64,000 nt of DNA from the human T2T-CHM13v2.0 reference genome, Homo sapiens, in assembly GCF_009914755.1 (NCBI RefSeq), contig NC_060936.1, one strand, 5' to 3'. This document shows positions 28,263 through 41,859 of the stretch, one piece after another. Each line of letters opens with the position of its first letter. Position 1 is the first letter of the stretch. A program made the position numbers and the translations under genes. Below the pieces are notes generated by a model. The model saw only the letters and a list, made by a program, of their open reading frames with translations, made no database searches and was not told the origin of the DNA.

Positions 28263-31200
28263 AATCTCACCTCTTCAATGAAGAATTCTATATCTTTATC
28301 CCTCAATGGTCAACTTCTGCATTGTACATCTTCATCACACATTTGGTACTTAGGGTTTAGTACTGTTACTTACAGCTCATGTATAATTCTTCTCTTTGTC
28401 TCTGACAGTCCCTTATACATAATGAACACTGTAAAAGTGTGTTGGTTGGTTGACTGAGTGATAATGTAATTAGACTATGAAGGAGCAGGTCAGAGTCTGT
28501 ACGTCAATCCCAGGAAATCACTTCTTGACATTTGGTGGCTTGTTTTACTCCAGGGAGATTTCATTGCTATCTCTTCAAATTGGATATTGCTTGTTTTGGT
28601 GACTACAACAAAAGCTAATGCTTACCATTTGTTCGAGTTTATTAATTGCATATTTGAATCAGTCTACATCAAGTGCGTGACAAATTTTATCCATACCAAA
28701 GTTAGAGTTTTAAAATTTTATTTGAAATTTAATGTTCCACAATCGTATAATTTTTTCCCCAGTAGATCTATGTTCCCAAAGGCCTAGCTTGCTTAGCTCT
28801 TTGAAAGTAGTTCAGCTTTCTTAAAAGAAAATTGTTTAGATGTTCAGAATCGGTTCTTATCAGTAGCTACAACATAACTTTTTTGTGAGGTCATTAGAAT
28901 AAATACAACATTTCTCACAGGCACAGAATCCTAAGTGCCTGTGCTATCTTCTTACTATAGTTATAGAACCAGCTTATATAATTTGGTTTTGCTTTAAGTA
29001 TAATGTGGCAATGTGTTCATAAAAATTGAAATACACTTCATGCTACTAAAAATGATAATTTTCTGAGAATGGAAAACAAGACTAGCATGTATTTACCAAT
29101 GTTATTCAAGATTGTCTCAAGAAAAGCATTATTCATTTGGAAAAAATAATTGATCACGAGGTAGGCACACTGAAATACTGTTTTAAGGAACAGGAAATTT
29201 TGCACTATCTACTTCTCTTATTTTGAAAGTTCAAGCGCTTGGTAAAGTCACCTTGGAAAAATGGAGGTGATTTATTAATTTATTGTTTGTCTGGACTGAC
29301 AGTGTCTTGACAAATAAAAAGATATCCATCAGACATATCTATTTCTTTCTCTTAAAGCTAACAATTTAGTACAATAGTGGAACGTCTTTGGCCATCCTGG
29401 TCTCCTGTAGGTTTGGCTGTGGAGGAGCAGGTGCGAGCTTCCAAAGTGTCTTTACAAGTGTCGCAGTGGGGCTTCCCTCCCATGCCTCTGCAGGAGACAG
29501 CTCATCTGTTTAATCCGTATGTTTTAGTCAACCTTTCTTATTATGCAGACAGGGCTCTGAGCCTCAGCTGGATTTTTGACTCTCTGAATGAATTGATGGG
29601 GCTCTTTGATCTTAACTGTGTATTGCATCTGTTTCATCCTTCCTCTTAATGCAGTCTTCCATACTCTTATTTTAGTGGGTGCTCCTAAATTAAATTTAAA
29701 ATTATAATTAATAATTATACAAACAAATAAAAATTGCCATTATAAAACCTAGGCACAAATTCCACTTTTCATCTTGGCCTTTTATTTTTCTTTTTGGCAT
29801 GCATGATAAACTTTCTTGAAAAATCCCCCAAACGATTTTTAATTCTCTTGCTTTATAAGGGACTACCAGACTTGAGAGTATTTAATTAGGTTCCTATGAG
29901 TGTGTATGTGCTTTGTAGGGCCAGGTTTGCATAAAAAATGGGAACTGCCAATCTTTGCAATTTAGTCAATTTTATGATAGCATAATATCTTTTTAATAGA
30001 CCATATTGGAGCAAAAGGCATACAACCTACACAGAAAAATCTACCATGGAAACATAAGAATCCTGCTGGGCAGTGTTCCTCTGTTTGATAGGAGTGAGAA
30101 AGTCTGAGTTGCAGAGAAAATCAGTTAGAATCAGAACAAATCCATATGGAGAATCCATTCTAGGTCATAGGGTGCTAAAATATAATCTTTCTTGAAACAA
30201 ATCTTTAAAATGAAATGTATACATTCTTATGTGAGGTGGGAGAGAAGGAATATTGAGGGAACAGTGAAGGGATATTGTTTGCTTACCCACCTGTAATCAT
30301 TTAGAGTTATGATTAATTGAGCCAGAAAGTATCTGCTTTTATATGAGTGACCTTTGATATTCTAATCTGGTATTTTGGAGACTTGTATTAATTATTTTTA
30401 ACTCTCTATGAATCTTCATTTATCTTTAAGTATACCATGATCTTGTGATGATAACGCAATGTCAAAGCTGTCAGAATAATTTCAGCTGAGCATAAAACTG
30501 ATGTTTTCTAAGAGCCAAAAGCCCTTGAGAGAGTTATGAAAAAGTCTCTCTCCAAGAGGAGGAATATTGTGATAATGACCTTTTAGTTTATTAAACATTT
30601 ACTTTATCCCAACATATATATGTATGTATGTATATATAATATACTAATAACCATTTAGGAAATATCAGAATACATTTTTTCCTTAGTTACACTGAGATAT
30701 AAAATAAGTATGTAAAGAATTTAATTTCTAATCATAACTCTATAATACTGCTGTTTTAAAAACATTCAGATAACTTTCTTTCATTCAAAAGTATCTCTCA
30801 AGCCCCCGCATAGTACTCAATCCTGAACTGGGGAGATTTTCATCACTATTTTTGTACTTCCCATATGGAATCTGAGAATAACTGTGCAGGAAGGAAATGT
30901 GAAAGGTTACTCAATTCTTCTTTAGGCAGAGCCTCTCTGAAACCCCCTAAAGATAATTTTACCCCCCAATATTCAGTTTGTCTATCTCTCCACAAACTGA
31001 GATGTGACTTTATTTATTTATTTTCCCAGTTAACACTTCAATTTGAAAGAAAGCATCTAGAAACCAGCCAAGGAAACATAGTTGGTTTCAGTGAGCATTT
31101 TACTTAGATTCCCTGATTTTGTTTGTTTTAGTTTCTTATCTCACATACTTGATTGCTGTGTTTCTTCTATTAAAGTGAAATGAAAATGTCTACACTCTTA

Positions 31201-31779
31201 GTCTATGATGATTTTGTGCTACTTGTACTTGTGAAAGTTATGATCTGGCCTCTTTTGCATAAAGTCGATCAACACACACCATTTTATTTCCATGCTTTCT
31301 TGTGATTTATAAGTCCCTAAAAGTTCCAACTTTGTTAAAACATGTCTATTTGCTCCATTGATATAACTCCCAGGTAAGTGCATGTTACTATATGAGAATT
31401 CATTTAAAAGATGTTAAATTGCTCCATGTGCATTTCCTTGTATTCATCAATTCTGACCTATATTCATTCTTAACTTACTTTCTTATTACTTCCTAATAGT
31501 AAATAACTGGGTGAGTAAATTTACCTCCATGATTCTTCCTAAATGTGAAAAGTGATTCTCTTACATTACTCTTCAGAAACAGTAGGAGAGAAAACACATA
31601 GGCCGTGTGGGTTGAGATATAGTTTCTAGCTATGAACTGCCATTAAATGCCCTTATGCTCTCTGATCATGCCTTTTGCTTTATGGTCACATGTGGCCTCA
31701 CTTCTTGACCATCTCCTATACCTATAAAATTTCAGAGACTCAACCTTGGGTTCCAGAAATTGCCCAAGGCCGTGTTACT

Positions 31780-32015
31780 TTTAAACTCAGAAGTTTGAAC
31801 AACCCATTAATGGGTCATGAAATCAACTTAGTAGATCATAACCTAGGTTAAAAAGGTAATAAAAAGATTAGAAATACAAATGCATTTCATGTTAGTAAGG
31901 GTATTATTTCATGAATATATTTTATCAAATATATTTCAAGTGTGTGTGTGGTACTTGGTTGTATGGTAAATATTTTCTTACCATAAATTTCAGTCAAAAA
32001 AGCCTGAAAAAACAA
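31780..32015. mobile_element. Old non-autonomous hAT-Charlie-type DNA transposon (subfamily not assigned)
   Basis: acccattaatgggtcatgaaatcaacttagt...agtaagggtattatttcatgaa...gtcaaaaaagcctgaaa resembles MER-type hAT elements as I recall them. Confidence 0.5.
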
Positions 32016-32527
32016 AACATCGAGTGAGATCATATAGCCTCTAATAAGCTTTTGCGTGGATTATGGGCTTTAGGATTTTGAGGATTATTTTACCATATCC
32101 AAATTTGATTATTTTTTCATGGGTTATCCTCCAGAAAATCAAGGGCATTAGCTCACAGCAATAGGCAAATAATAATGGAAACTTAGTAAATGCTTCCAGA
32201 ATTGTTTGAAGCTAGGCTGTATCAGCTTCCTGAAGGTAAAATATTGTTACTGATTGAACCATTTAGTTTCAGGTAGTCGTATAAGAAAGAGACACGAGCA
32301 TTTAGTTGCACAAACGAAGCATACAGTTCACAGAAAAAGGATTTTGTTAATACCTTATTTGGTTGTTGGGCCAAGAAGAGTGAATATAAACTATGACTGT
32401 ATACTTGTGTTATGACAAGAAAGGAAATAATAATTATCGCTCTTTTAAAATATCTGAAGATTAAAACCTTTGCCTTTCATTTAAAAACAGCTTTGTAAAT
32501 GTGACCATTGTTTTTATTGCTAATAAT

Positions 32528-32808
32528 ATGTGGGGAATAGGGAGAGATTAGTCAAGGGGGACGAAGTTATAGTTAGATAGGAGGAATAAGTTCAAGTGTT
32601 CTGTTTGGTTAACAACCTTGTGTTGTATATTTCAAAATAGCTAGAAGAGAGGATTTTGAATGTTCTCACCTCAAAGAAATGACAGAGGTATGAGGTGATG
32701 GATATGCTAAATACTAATTTGATTATTATACAATGTATACATGTATTAAAACATCACACTGTACTCCATGATAGTTATTACATGTGAATTAAAACAACAA
32801 TTAAAAAG
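32528..32808 (+). mobile_element. L1MA-type 3' end fragment
   Basis: gttagataggaggaataagttc...ttgtatatttcaaaatagctagaagagaggattttgaatgttctcac...gaggtgatggatatgctaa followed by an A-rich end. Confidence 0.85.
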
Positions 32809-32979
32809 AATGATACAATTTTTTTTTCTTGCCTCTGTATCCACCAGAAGTTAGCATAGGGAGGAAATTCTAATTGTGCTACTATCGCACAGCTTGCATC
32901 TTATCTCATGACTGAGAAATATTTAAGTGCTGTTCAGCAAGGTAAGCATGAGAAAGAGAAGATAAGAATTCACATAACT

Positions 32980-33526
<547 letters not shown>

Positions 33527-34914
33527 GTATACAGGATAAGTCTTACCAATTGCTGTATAGACCTATGTTCACTTCATGGATAACATTTGCTCTAGAAAAG
33601 AAAAATTAACCAGTAGAGAGGGCCAGCAACTGTTCATACCCTAGAGCTGTGATTGGCCACCTAATAGTGTCTAAAATTATGATGCTGACAATGACACTGC
33701 TGCTGCTGTGGATAACACCCATTATCAGGTGTTTCCAAGTGTTAGCCATTTTGTCTAATATGTCAACTAATCTGTTTAACTATCATCTACCTCCTGAGTT
33801 TTATGCTCTTTTACAGACAAGACAATTGAGGCAACAGGTTGCCTAGGATCACCACCCCCTTGTAAATACAAGCATTCTGATGGCTAGCCTCAGGTATGCC
33901 CAAGGTAGAGTCTGTGACTGGGAGCTGAACTTTTTAAAAGTAAGACAGACTATTTGTTTCAAATAGGAAGAAACTATGACACTTGAAAGCTTCCTATGAA
34001 GTTGTCAATTGAAATTTGTTTAGATAATATTTGTAATGAGCAATGTGTTCTCCAATTTGCATATTTGAAAAGATAAGGAAAGCCTTCTGTTTTAAGCTCA
34101 TATCACATGTTCAGGCTATCAGATCACAATTTATTGTGTATTATGTGCCATGTGGCATCTTAAGCCCCATTAGAGGCCCTTAGCCCTGGGCATTCTACTG
34201 GCATCTAAAGGATGCCTTGAGAGTGAGCTGCTTTTCTGAGGACAAATATTTGTACATTTGTAACATGGGGAAAGGACTCCTTACTTGAAATGGCTTTAGA
34301 ATTGTAGAGAACATAGAAATGCGGTTTGTCTCTTGTGTGCTAAATTAAATCCTTTTAAAGGAAGACATCCTTTGAGAAAGGAGATGCAGGAATACCAACA
34401 TTTTGATGTTTATTGGGTGACAAAAATCAACTCAATCAACAAATGGTTTTGAAAATAACATTGAAATGTGAATTGGAAGCAAAAGGTAGTGAGGTCATGT
34501 TATGGTGCAGAAAAACAATGCTGTGTGTACTGCTGATCAACTAGGTAGGCATTAGCGGGTGGATCATGGCCACTAGCATGGGAAAGGGAAGAGTTTTTAT
34601 AAATGAACTAGAATAGACTGCATATTCAAGTAGGAATAATGACTCTTTTTAAAAATTATTACATTTGTTCCTGGTTTAAAAGGAGAGCTACATATATAAC
34701 ATAAATTTATACAACCTCAAAGGATATACTGTGAAGATTAGTTTCTTCTCCTCTTCTGTCCCCAGACCCAAGTTTCCCTACTGACACAACCAGTGTGTGC
34801 AGCTCCTTGTATATTTTTCAGAAATATCCTCCAAATACCTCATAAAGAGTTATGAAATATCTTCATAAATAAACAGTATATGCAAAAGCCTTGTTAAACA
34901 AAAGGGTAATATAC

Positions 34915-35447
34915 CAGGGGCCCCTAATCCCCTGGCCACAAACCAGAGCACAGGTCTGTAACCTGTTAGGAACCAGGCTGCACAGCAGGAAGTGTGTGGC
35001 CTGCAAGTGAGAGAAGCTTCATCTGTATTTACAGCCAGTCAAAATCACTTGCATTACAACCTGAGCTTCGCCTCCTGTCAGATCAGTGGTGGCGTTAGAT
35101 TCTCATAGCAGTGCGAACCCTGTTGTGAACTGTGCATGCGAGTGATCTGGGTTGTGCACTCCTTATGAGAATCTAATGCCTGATGATCTGTCACTGTCCC
35201 CATCACCCTCAGATGGGTCCATCTAGTTGCAGGAAAACAAGCTCAGGGCTCCCACTGATTCTACATTATGGTGAGTTGTATAATTATTTCATTATATATT
35301 ATGATGTAATAATAATAGATATAAAGTGCACAATAAATGTAATGCGCTTGAATCATCCTGAAACCATCCCCCACCCCACTTCCGGTCCATGGAAAAATTA
35401 TCATCTGTGCAGCTGGTCCCTGGTGCCAAAAATGTTGGAGACAGCTA
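34915..35447 (+). mobile_element. MER1A hAT-Charlie DNA transposon, apparently nested in an old L1ME-like fragment (about 34650-35710)
   Basis: Termini caggggcccc...gttggagacagcta; diagnostic body (tcagatcagtggtggcgttagattctcatag, gctcagggctcccactgattctacattatggtgag); perfect 8-bp TSD TAATATAC at 34907-34914 and 35448-35455. Confidence 0.93.
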
Positions 35448-36039
35448 TAATATACAATACCCATTGTTCTGCACCATTCTTCTTTTCCTTAAAATGTATC
35501 ATAGAAGTACTTTCATATCGGTACTCCTACTTATACTTTATTCATTTTAATGGCTGCATGGCATTCTACAGTATGAATATAACATACTTTATTTAACCAG
35601 TTACCTTTGGTGACTTTTTAGATTAGTCTCAGTCTTTTGCTGTCATAAATAGTGCTGCAACTATGATCCTTGTCCATGTATTATCAAGCATATGTGACTA
35701 TATAGATGTCCAGGTCTTCACATTCAAAGTCCTGATTTATTTTTACTAAAACTCTCTAAGCAATGGGGAAAAAATAACCAAGTAGCATAGGAGGCAGGGT
35801 AATAATAATAATTGAAAATAATATTTGCTATGTGGTAAGTAATTTATAAGTATACATTTAATTCTTAAAAATCTAGAGGAAGCTATTTATTACTATTATT
35901 ATTGTTGTTGTTATTACTGATTTGAGTGAGAAAGCTAGGATAGGAATTCACCCAAGATGCTTGTCTTTGGATCCCTTGCTCTTGTTTGCTACACTGTACT
36001 GTTTCTTGGTGATTCTGTTGCTACTTTGGCAATGAGAGT

Positions 36040-36230
36040 GCATTTATTGGATATCTACCATGTGCTAAGCAGATGACATGTGTTAGTCACAGTCTTCATA
36101 ATAGCACCATGAGATGTTGTTGTTGTTGTTGTTGAACAGATTCTTGGTAAGGTTTACTAACTTGCCCAAAGTCCCAGAGCTAGTAAGCAAGGAGCTAGGA
36201 ATGGCCTGGAAGCAGGATGTCTGACTCTTG
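36040..36230 (-). mobile_element. MIR with an embedded (TTG)n run
   Basis: catttattgg...ctaccatgtgctaagc...taacttgcccaaagtcccagagctagtaag; (TTG)n at about 36115-36134. Confidence 0.7.
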
Positions 36231-38243
36231 TGACTCACGACAGAGAAGGGAGTTTCAGGTATTGATTCTACATCTAACAGGCTGGAAGGCAGAAATAAAA
36301 CTAATATACATATGAGGCTTAATTAAACGTATTGAAGTGATAAGAGGGATAGGAAGGGCTGTCACAAGGACCAACGGAAGACAGTTGGTGGGGCACAAAG
36401 ATAAAAAGCATCTGTAGCAGAGAGGAGCCGTGTGGATCCAGAATGCACTCTTCTCTATGGAGAATGTTTCCAAATCTAGATTGCTTTGTTCTCACCAACT
36501 GCTTCAACCGTTAAAACATTCCACACCTGTACATTGCATGTATACCTTCAACAACCCATTGTCATTAGAATGGCAGCAATGAGAATGGAACATGTGGTGC
36601 TTGCATGTCCTAGAGAAAGAACAGCCTTAGGTGACTGCTCCGAGTTGGACTTTGTGGCCACAGGGAGCAGAAATCAGCAAGTGCCCCACATTAGAAAATA
36701 AAAGTAAGAGTGCTAAGAAAAGTAAGAGTGCTGAGATTCTTCAAGGCAATGCCAATTTCTCCAGGTCAGCTTCTCCTATTTTAATCTGTTTCCAGCAGTT
36801 CTGCATCTTTGTAGGTATGCCATAAGCAGCCATAAAAAAGGCAAAATTGTACGATCTACAGGTCTAGTAAAATTATAAGTCATGTAGGTCTTATAGAAAT
36901 TATAATTTTAACTGAAGTCCTCCATATCTATTGTTTTATTATTATTGCTGTTACTATTTTATAAATCAATTTTACTATGTAGACCATGTTTCTGTGTTTG
37001 GTTTCTTAGGTTTTGAATACTGAGTTTTCCTGTTTCAGAGTACCTCATTTAATGCAGTGAAGTTCTGGTAATATTTCACAGAAAAAAAATAAAAGGTGTA
37101 GCACAAATATGTCAGAATTATTTATATGATGGTTATAATAAAAAATAATAACTAAGATATATAATGAGTTTTCCTGTAGGTCAGAAAATATGCCGAGTTT
37201 TATATACATTAACTGGTTTAATATTAAGCACCTGTGAGGTAAGTATTACAATTATTATTGTTGTTCCCATTTTACAGATGGAGTCTTTGATTCTACATTT
37301 TGAGATTAACAATTAGAATGGCATTAAAGCAAACTTTTGTAAAAGAAGAAAATGCTTTCTAATTCTACAAAACATATTTTCGATTTTAACACTTCTCCAT
37401 CCAGTCTTTCTTCAAATATACTCAGTAATCAATATATGTACAATTTTGTATTCTGCTTTTTAAATTCAGTATAGTCATAAAAAGTTGGTTTTATCAGTCT
37501 TTCTTATTACCATATAATGACTGCCTATGATTAATTGCCAAATTTATTTCTTGATTTCCTTCTTTGGAGACATTGTTTCCATTCTTTCTTATAGATACTA
37601 TTGCAATGAAAAAACATTGTGTACATAGCATTATTTTATTCTCTGGGCATTTCCTAGGAAACTGTCCCCTCTTCCACTCAAAGAGTAAAGATCTTTCTGA
37701 CTCATTCTAACTCCCTGAATCAAAGTCATTTTCATAGGAACAAATAGTGAATATTATTAATGCTTATTTTAAAATCTTAAGAGAAATGTCTACTTTGAAC
37801 TCTTTAGGAATAAACTCTTTTCAGTATTGTAAAGATATAAGTTTGAATACATATGTCATTAATATATGGGTAATCCATATAAAGCCTAAAGAGTGAATTT
37901 TTGTATCATTTAATTTTAAAAGTAAGTGAGTGGGCTGAGGAGGATGATATATGCAAGGTAAGTATTTATTCTTCATCGACATGTATTTCTTGAGAAACGG
38001 CTATGTGCCAGGCTGTACAGCAGTTGCCAAGGCTATGATAATGGATGGGATAGAAACAGCTTATTTCCAAATAGGGCATCACTGAAAGTCATATCACAGA
38101 TTCTTTGTCCTTGACGTTGTGCCACAACACACTCTTGTCCTGTTATTTCTGATTTTTTTGTTCTTTTGCTTTTATGGAATCTGACTCATTTCTTACTATC
38201 AGCCCAAGACACAAAGGATAAAGAGTATCTTACTCTCAGCAAG

Positions 38244-38271
38244 ATATCTATATCTATATAGATATAGATAT
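38244..38271. repeat. Perfect 28-bp AT-rich palindrome
   Basis: atatctatatctatatagatatagatat equals its own reverse complement. Confidence 0.95.
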
Positions 38272-39838
38272 ATAATTTCTAAGAATTTCTGAAATCATAT
38301 TTTCTCCCTCCCATGCCAGTTCTGGTGGGACTTTAGAAACCTTTTTGTCTTCCCAGGGTGAAAACACCTTGCTCTGTAGTTTCAGGAATCCCTAAATCAT
38401 CTCATCCTCATTTTTATATCTTAGGTTGCATCTAAATACATTTATCAGTTTATCTTTGCAGCACTTTAAGCTAAACAGAGATTTTGGGCCCTCCATGGCA
38501 GGAGTGTTCTCATGTAAAAATAAAATGTATTTTAGGATATGTGTCATGAATTATTAATATAGTGCACCACAACTGCAGTTTTCACAGAGAGAGATAAAAC
38601 ATTTTGTGTTGTGTTCGGCAGCCAAATATACACAATTCTTAGGTAAAATTAACTTCAGAATCACCTTTTAACTTTTCCCTAAATTTCCCCATCCCAGAAA
38701 GACCTACTAATTTATTGATAAATATAACTTTATTACTTTATGATATAGAATTCTCTTTCAAATTCTGCTGCGCAAACTTTATTTTGTTGATACTCAGACA
38801 TTTTCGTGGTAATTCTTTGGTAAAAATTGCATCAAGATAACGGCTTACCATGTAGATCAAGCCCTTTGCTCCTCCATTGGATGCTACGCTCTGAAAAATA
38901 TTGTTACATCATTTTGTAGGAATGCTTCTACGCATTACCTAATATATATTGAGATTTCAGTAAATTCATGATGCAAGTGTTGTGTATATCAATCGATCAA
39001 TAGATACACACTAATATATGATTTCAGTAGACAGACTTTTTGAAGGAAAAATTTGTATTAAAATGTAATTGTATCTTCCCCCAGCTTAAATTTGTATGTT
39101 ATTTTTAGCTGACATGCCTAAATTAGTTTTCTAATGTTATTATATAAAAATATGATTTGAACTTTTAGCAAAGATAAGTTTCAGGAATTGGAATTTTTAG
39201 AGTATTCGTCTTCATGAAAAAGGGATAGATGGAGATAATTTCACAATGTCAGAATACTGATTCCACAGGTTGACTTGGGCTACCTCGTTGTAAAGCTGGC
39301 TCTGCTGGGTAACAGTTGACTCATAGGCATCACCAACATAGCACAGAGGTAGAGAAGAAAATATTAATACAAGGGCATCTGAAAAAGGAGCTGTGATCAA
39401 TTTTCTAAAACTTTCCTTAAATTTCTAATATCCTGTAGCCTTAACATTGGGATTGCAGTCCTCCCTGTTGCAACTTAGCACATACCCTACTGTCTGAACT
39501 CAAAACCCTAGGAACTACTGTCTGAGATCTGAATGTATTCTTGGTTCCAAATCAATCTTGTCACTCCTCGGAAAGCAATGCAAGATAATAAGTAGTATTC
39601 ACCTGATTGCTTTCCTGCTCCGAGACAGCTGGTGACGCATGTCTTCCTGATAACCAGGAGTTTCAGATCTAAGGCAGGGATAAAGGGAAACTGGAAGCTC
39701 TCGGAATCTAAATGTGACAGTCGATGGCTGAGGAGAGGGTCAGAAGGAATAGAATCTGTGACACGTATGAGAAAGGAACAAAATTTATCTGCTCTGGTTG
39801 CAATGATTAGATGTCTCTTTGTCTGGCTTTCCTTGCAG

Positions 39839-40043
39839 TGGGTGACTGATCGTACCCGCCAGCTGGCTAATGTCATAATTAACAAAGTTGCTACTACATC
39901 TGCAAAGTTTAATCGAAAAATTTGCCAGTGATATGATGGCCTTGTCACAGAGATCACAAGGGACACGGAGTTGACTTTTGCTCAAGGTGGAACGACAGAG
40001 CTGTGTAGGCAAGATGAGAAATTGCGAACTTGTTCGGCCAAAG
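39839..40043 (+). ncRNA. RMST: RMST exon (predicted); probable circRMST back-splice donor exon
   Basis: Acceptor tctctttgtctggctttccttgcag|T at 39838/39839; donor AAG|GTATGT at 40043/40044; 7 CpGs retained in 205 nt. Confidence 0.8.
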
Positions 40044-41597
40044 GTATGTTTCTTTCATAATTCCACATCCTAGGTTTTCTTATTAAGATTTTTGTTTGAT
40101 GGTTCATGGGTTCTTTTTTTGTTTCTTGACCGAAATGATTCAGAAAAAGATCCGTATGCTTTTCGGGCATTTATAGCATATTCTCTGAAAGCTTTTTTTT
40201 TTTTTTCCTAAATCTGTAAATTCATAATATAACTAAACAGCTTTTGATGATGAAAATGGAATATAAAGCAATATTTTCTCTGTTGAGTCTAACTAATCTT
40301 TATCAGTTTTCAGAATAAGTATTTGGTAATAAATATCAATGGGACATTTATATTGTGTAGCGTTGGATTTATTTTGCTCAACAATGTAAAAGCCGTTGCT
40401 CTGCTATTTTCTATTGTGTCAACTAGTTCTAGGAAAGGAAAAAAAAGCAAAGTGTAGTTATAGAATATGTAGAGGTTCTATTTTCGTTTCAAGACATGCT
40501 CAAAGGAAAGCTAAGGTCTTGACTTAAGTCGCACAACATAATTGGGGCTTTTTAAAACAACATTTATAAAGACGACTATCTCTTGAAATTATGTTCTATT
40601 TTCCAGGGCCAGTCTGGTCATAGACTATTTACGTGTATTTTCTTTTTACTGTGATTTGCTTTGCTTGATTGAATATTTAAGATTTGAGGAGTTTCCCAAA
40701 TGATAGTCTTCCTGTATTGCTAATTAATGAGCGTGAATATTGATGAGGAAGGGCATGTGCCTGTGTGTATGTGGCTGTGCACTTAATCTAAGTACAAAGA
40801 GGGAGGAAGAGGTCTCAAAAAATATGCAGAAGGCAAGTTTGGGTTATTTATGCTGTGTCACACCACCATTACAATATCAAGGCAATCAATTTGCAATATA
40901 ATCGGGGACGTATATTAAGGTTCTTTCCCTCCATGGTTATCTGGGCCACTATATCATGGCAAAATGCAATAATTTGTCTTTTGCCCATTACTATTGTCTT
41001 TTGTGTTAATAGCAGTTTTTAAATGTTATGAAATTACATTTTGGAAACAAATTTTGCACAGCATATCTATTTTAATAAGCTCATTTAAGCTTTCTCATGG
41101 TTTTATTTCTAATCATGGGAGACGAGACATTATCAATATATTCATTTTAAAATTTGACAATCACATTTTATATTCTCAAATAAAAATGAATCATTTTATG
41201 GCATTATGAATTTTAAAGCCTTTCAGTGTCCAGATAATTTTAGACACTGTTTATCAAAATTTTGGTGGAAATTTGACTTAACAGATTTCTAGTCTTCACT
41301 AAAATTTAATTTCATCAGTAAGAAAAACTGAAAGTGGAGATTTAAATCATTATTTTATTATATTCTGGACACCATGTTTACAGGAGAATGTTTTTCTTTT
41401 AATAACTATCTTTTTGTTTCTCTTTTGTTTCCTTAACTTTGATTCCCCACCCCTAGCCCAATGTCTGGCACATAATAGGCATTCAGTAGGTATTTATCAA
41501 ATGAATGAATCAATGAATCTAAATATTTCCTCTGTTATTCAAAGGTGGTTAACATTTGCTTCCTCCAAATCAGTAAGTTTTGTATGCAGTAAACATT

Positions 41598-41655
41598 GTG
41601 AATAGAAATAAGTAGGTGAATAGAAATAAGTAGATGAATAGAAATAAGTAGATGA
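41598..41655. repeat. 18-bp minisatellite, about 3.2 copies (RTGAATAGAAATAAGTAG)
   Basis: Three near-identical head-to-tail copies read directly. Confidence 0.95.
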
Positions 41656-41859
41656 CAATTACAGACAATAGGGAGGATTAACTTCCTAAAGTCATATGTT
41701 GTTATTTTAACCTAAACCACCATAATATTTTGTGTAATTGAGATTTGGTATTGTCAGAACTCTGTTGGAGTATTGAAGGTCTGTGAGGATTAGAAAGTGC
41801 CCAGAAAGTGGTTCACAGCTGATGTCCCGTTTTTTTTTTTTTTTTTTTTTTTTAAACAG

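Noticed and set aside
35183-35596. 137-aa ORF
   Set aside because: Runs through MER1A and the L1ME-like flank; non-autonomous element with no transposase.
39508-39966. 152-aa antisense ORF and overlapping 99-aa sense ORF over the RMST exon
   Set aside because: Both cross the intron/exon boundary, start at non-ATG codons and resemble no protein I know.
41598-41655. Direct repeats superficially like a CRISPR array
   Set aside because: Head-to-tail copies with no spacers in primate DNA; this is a minisatellite.
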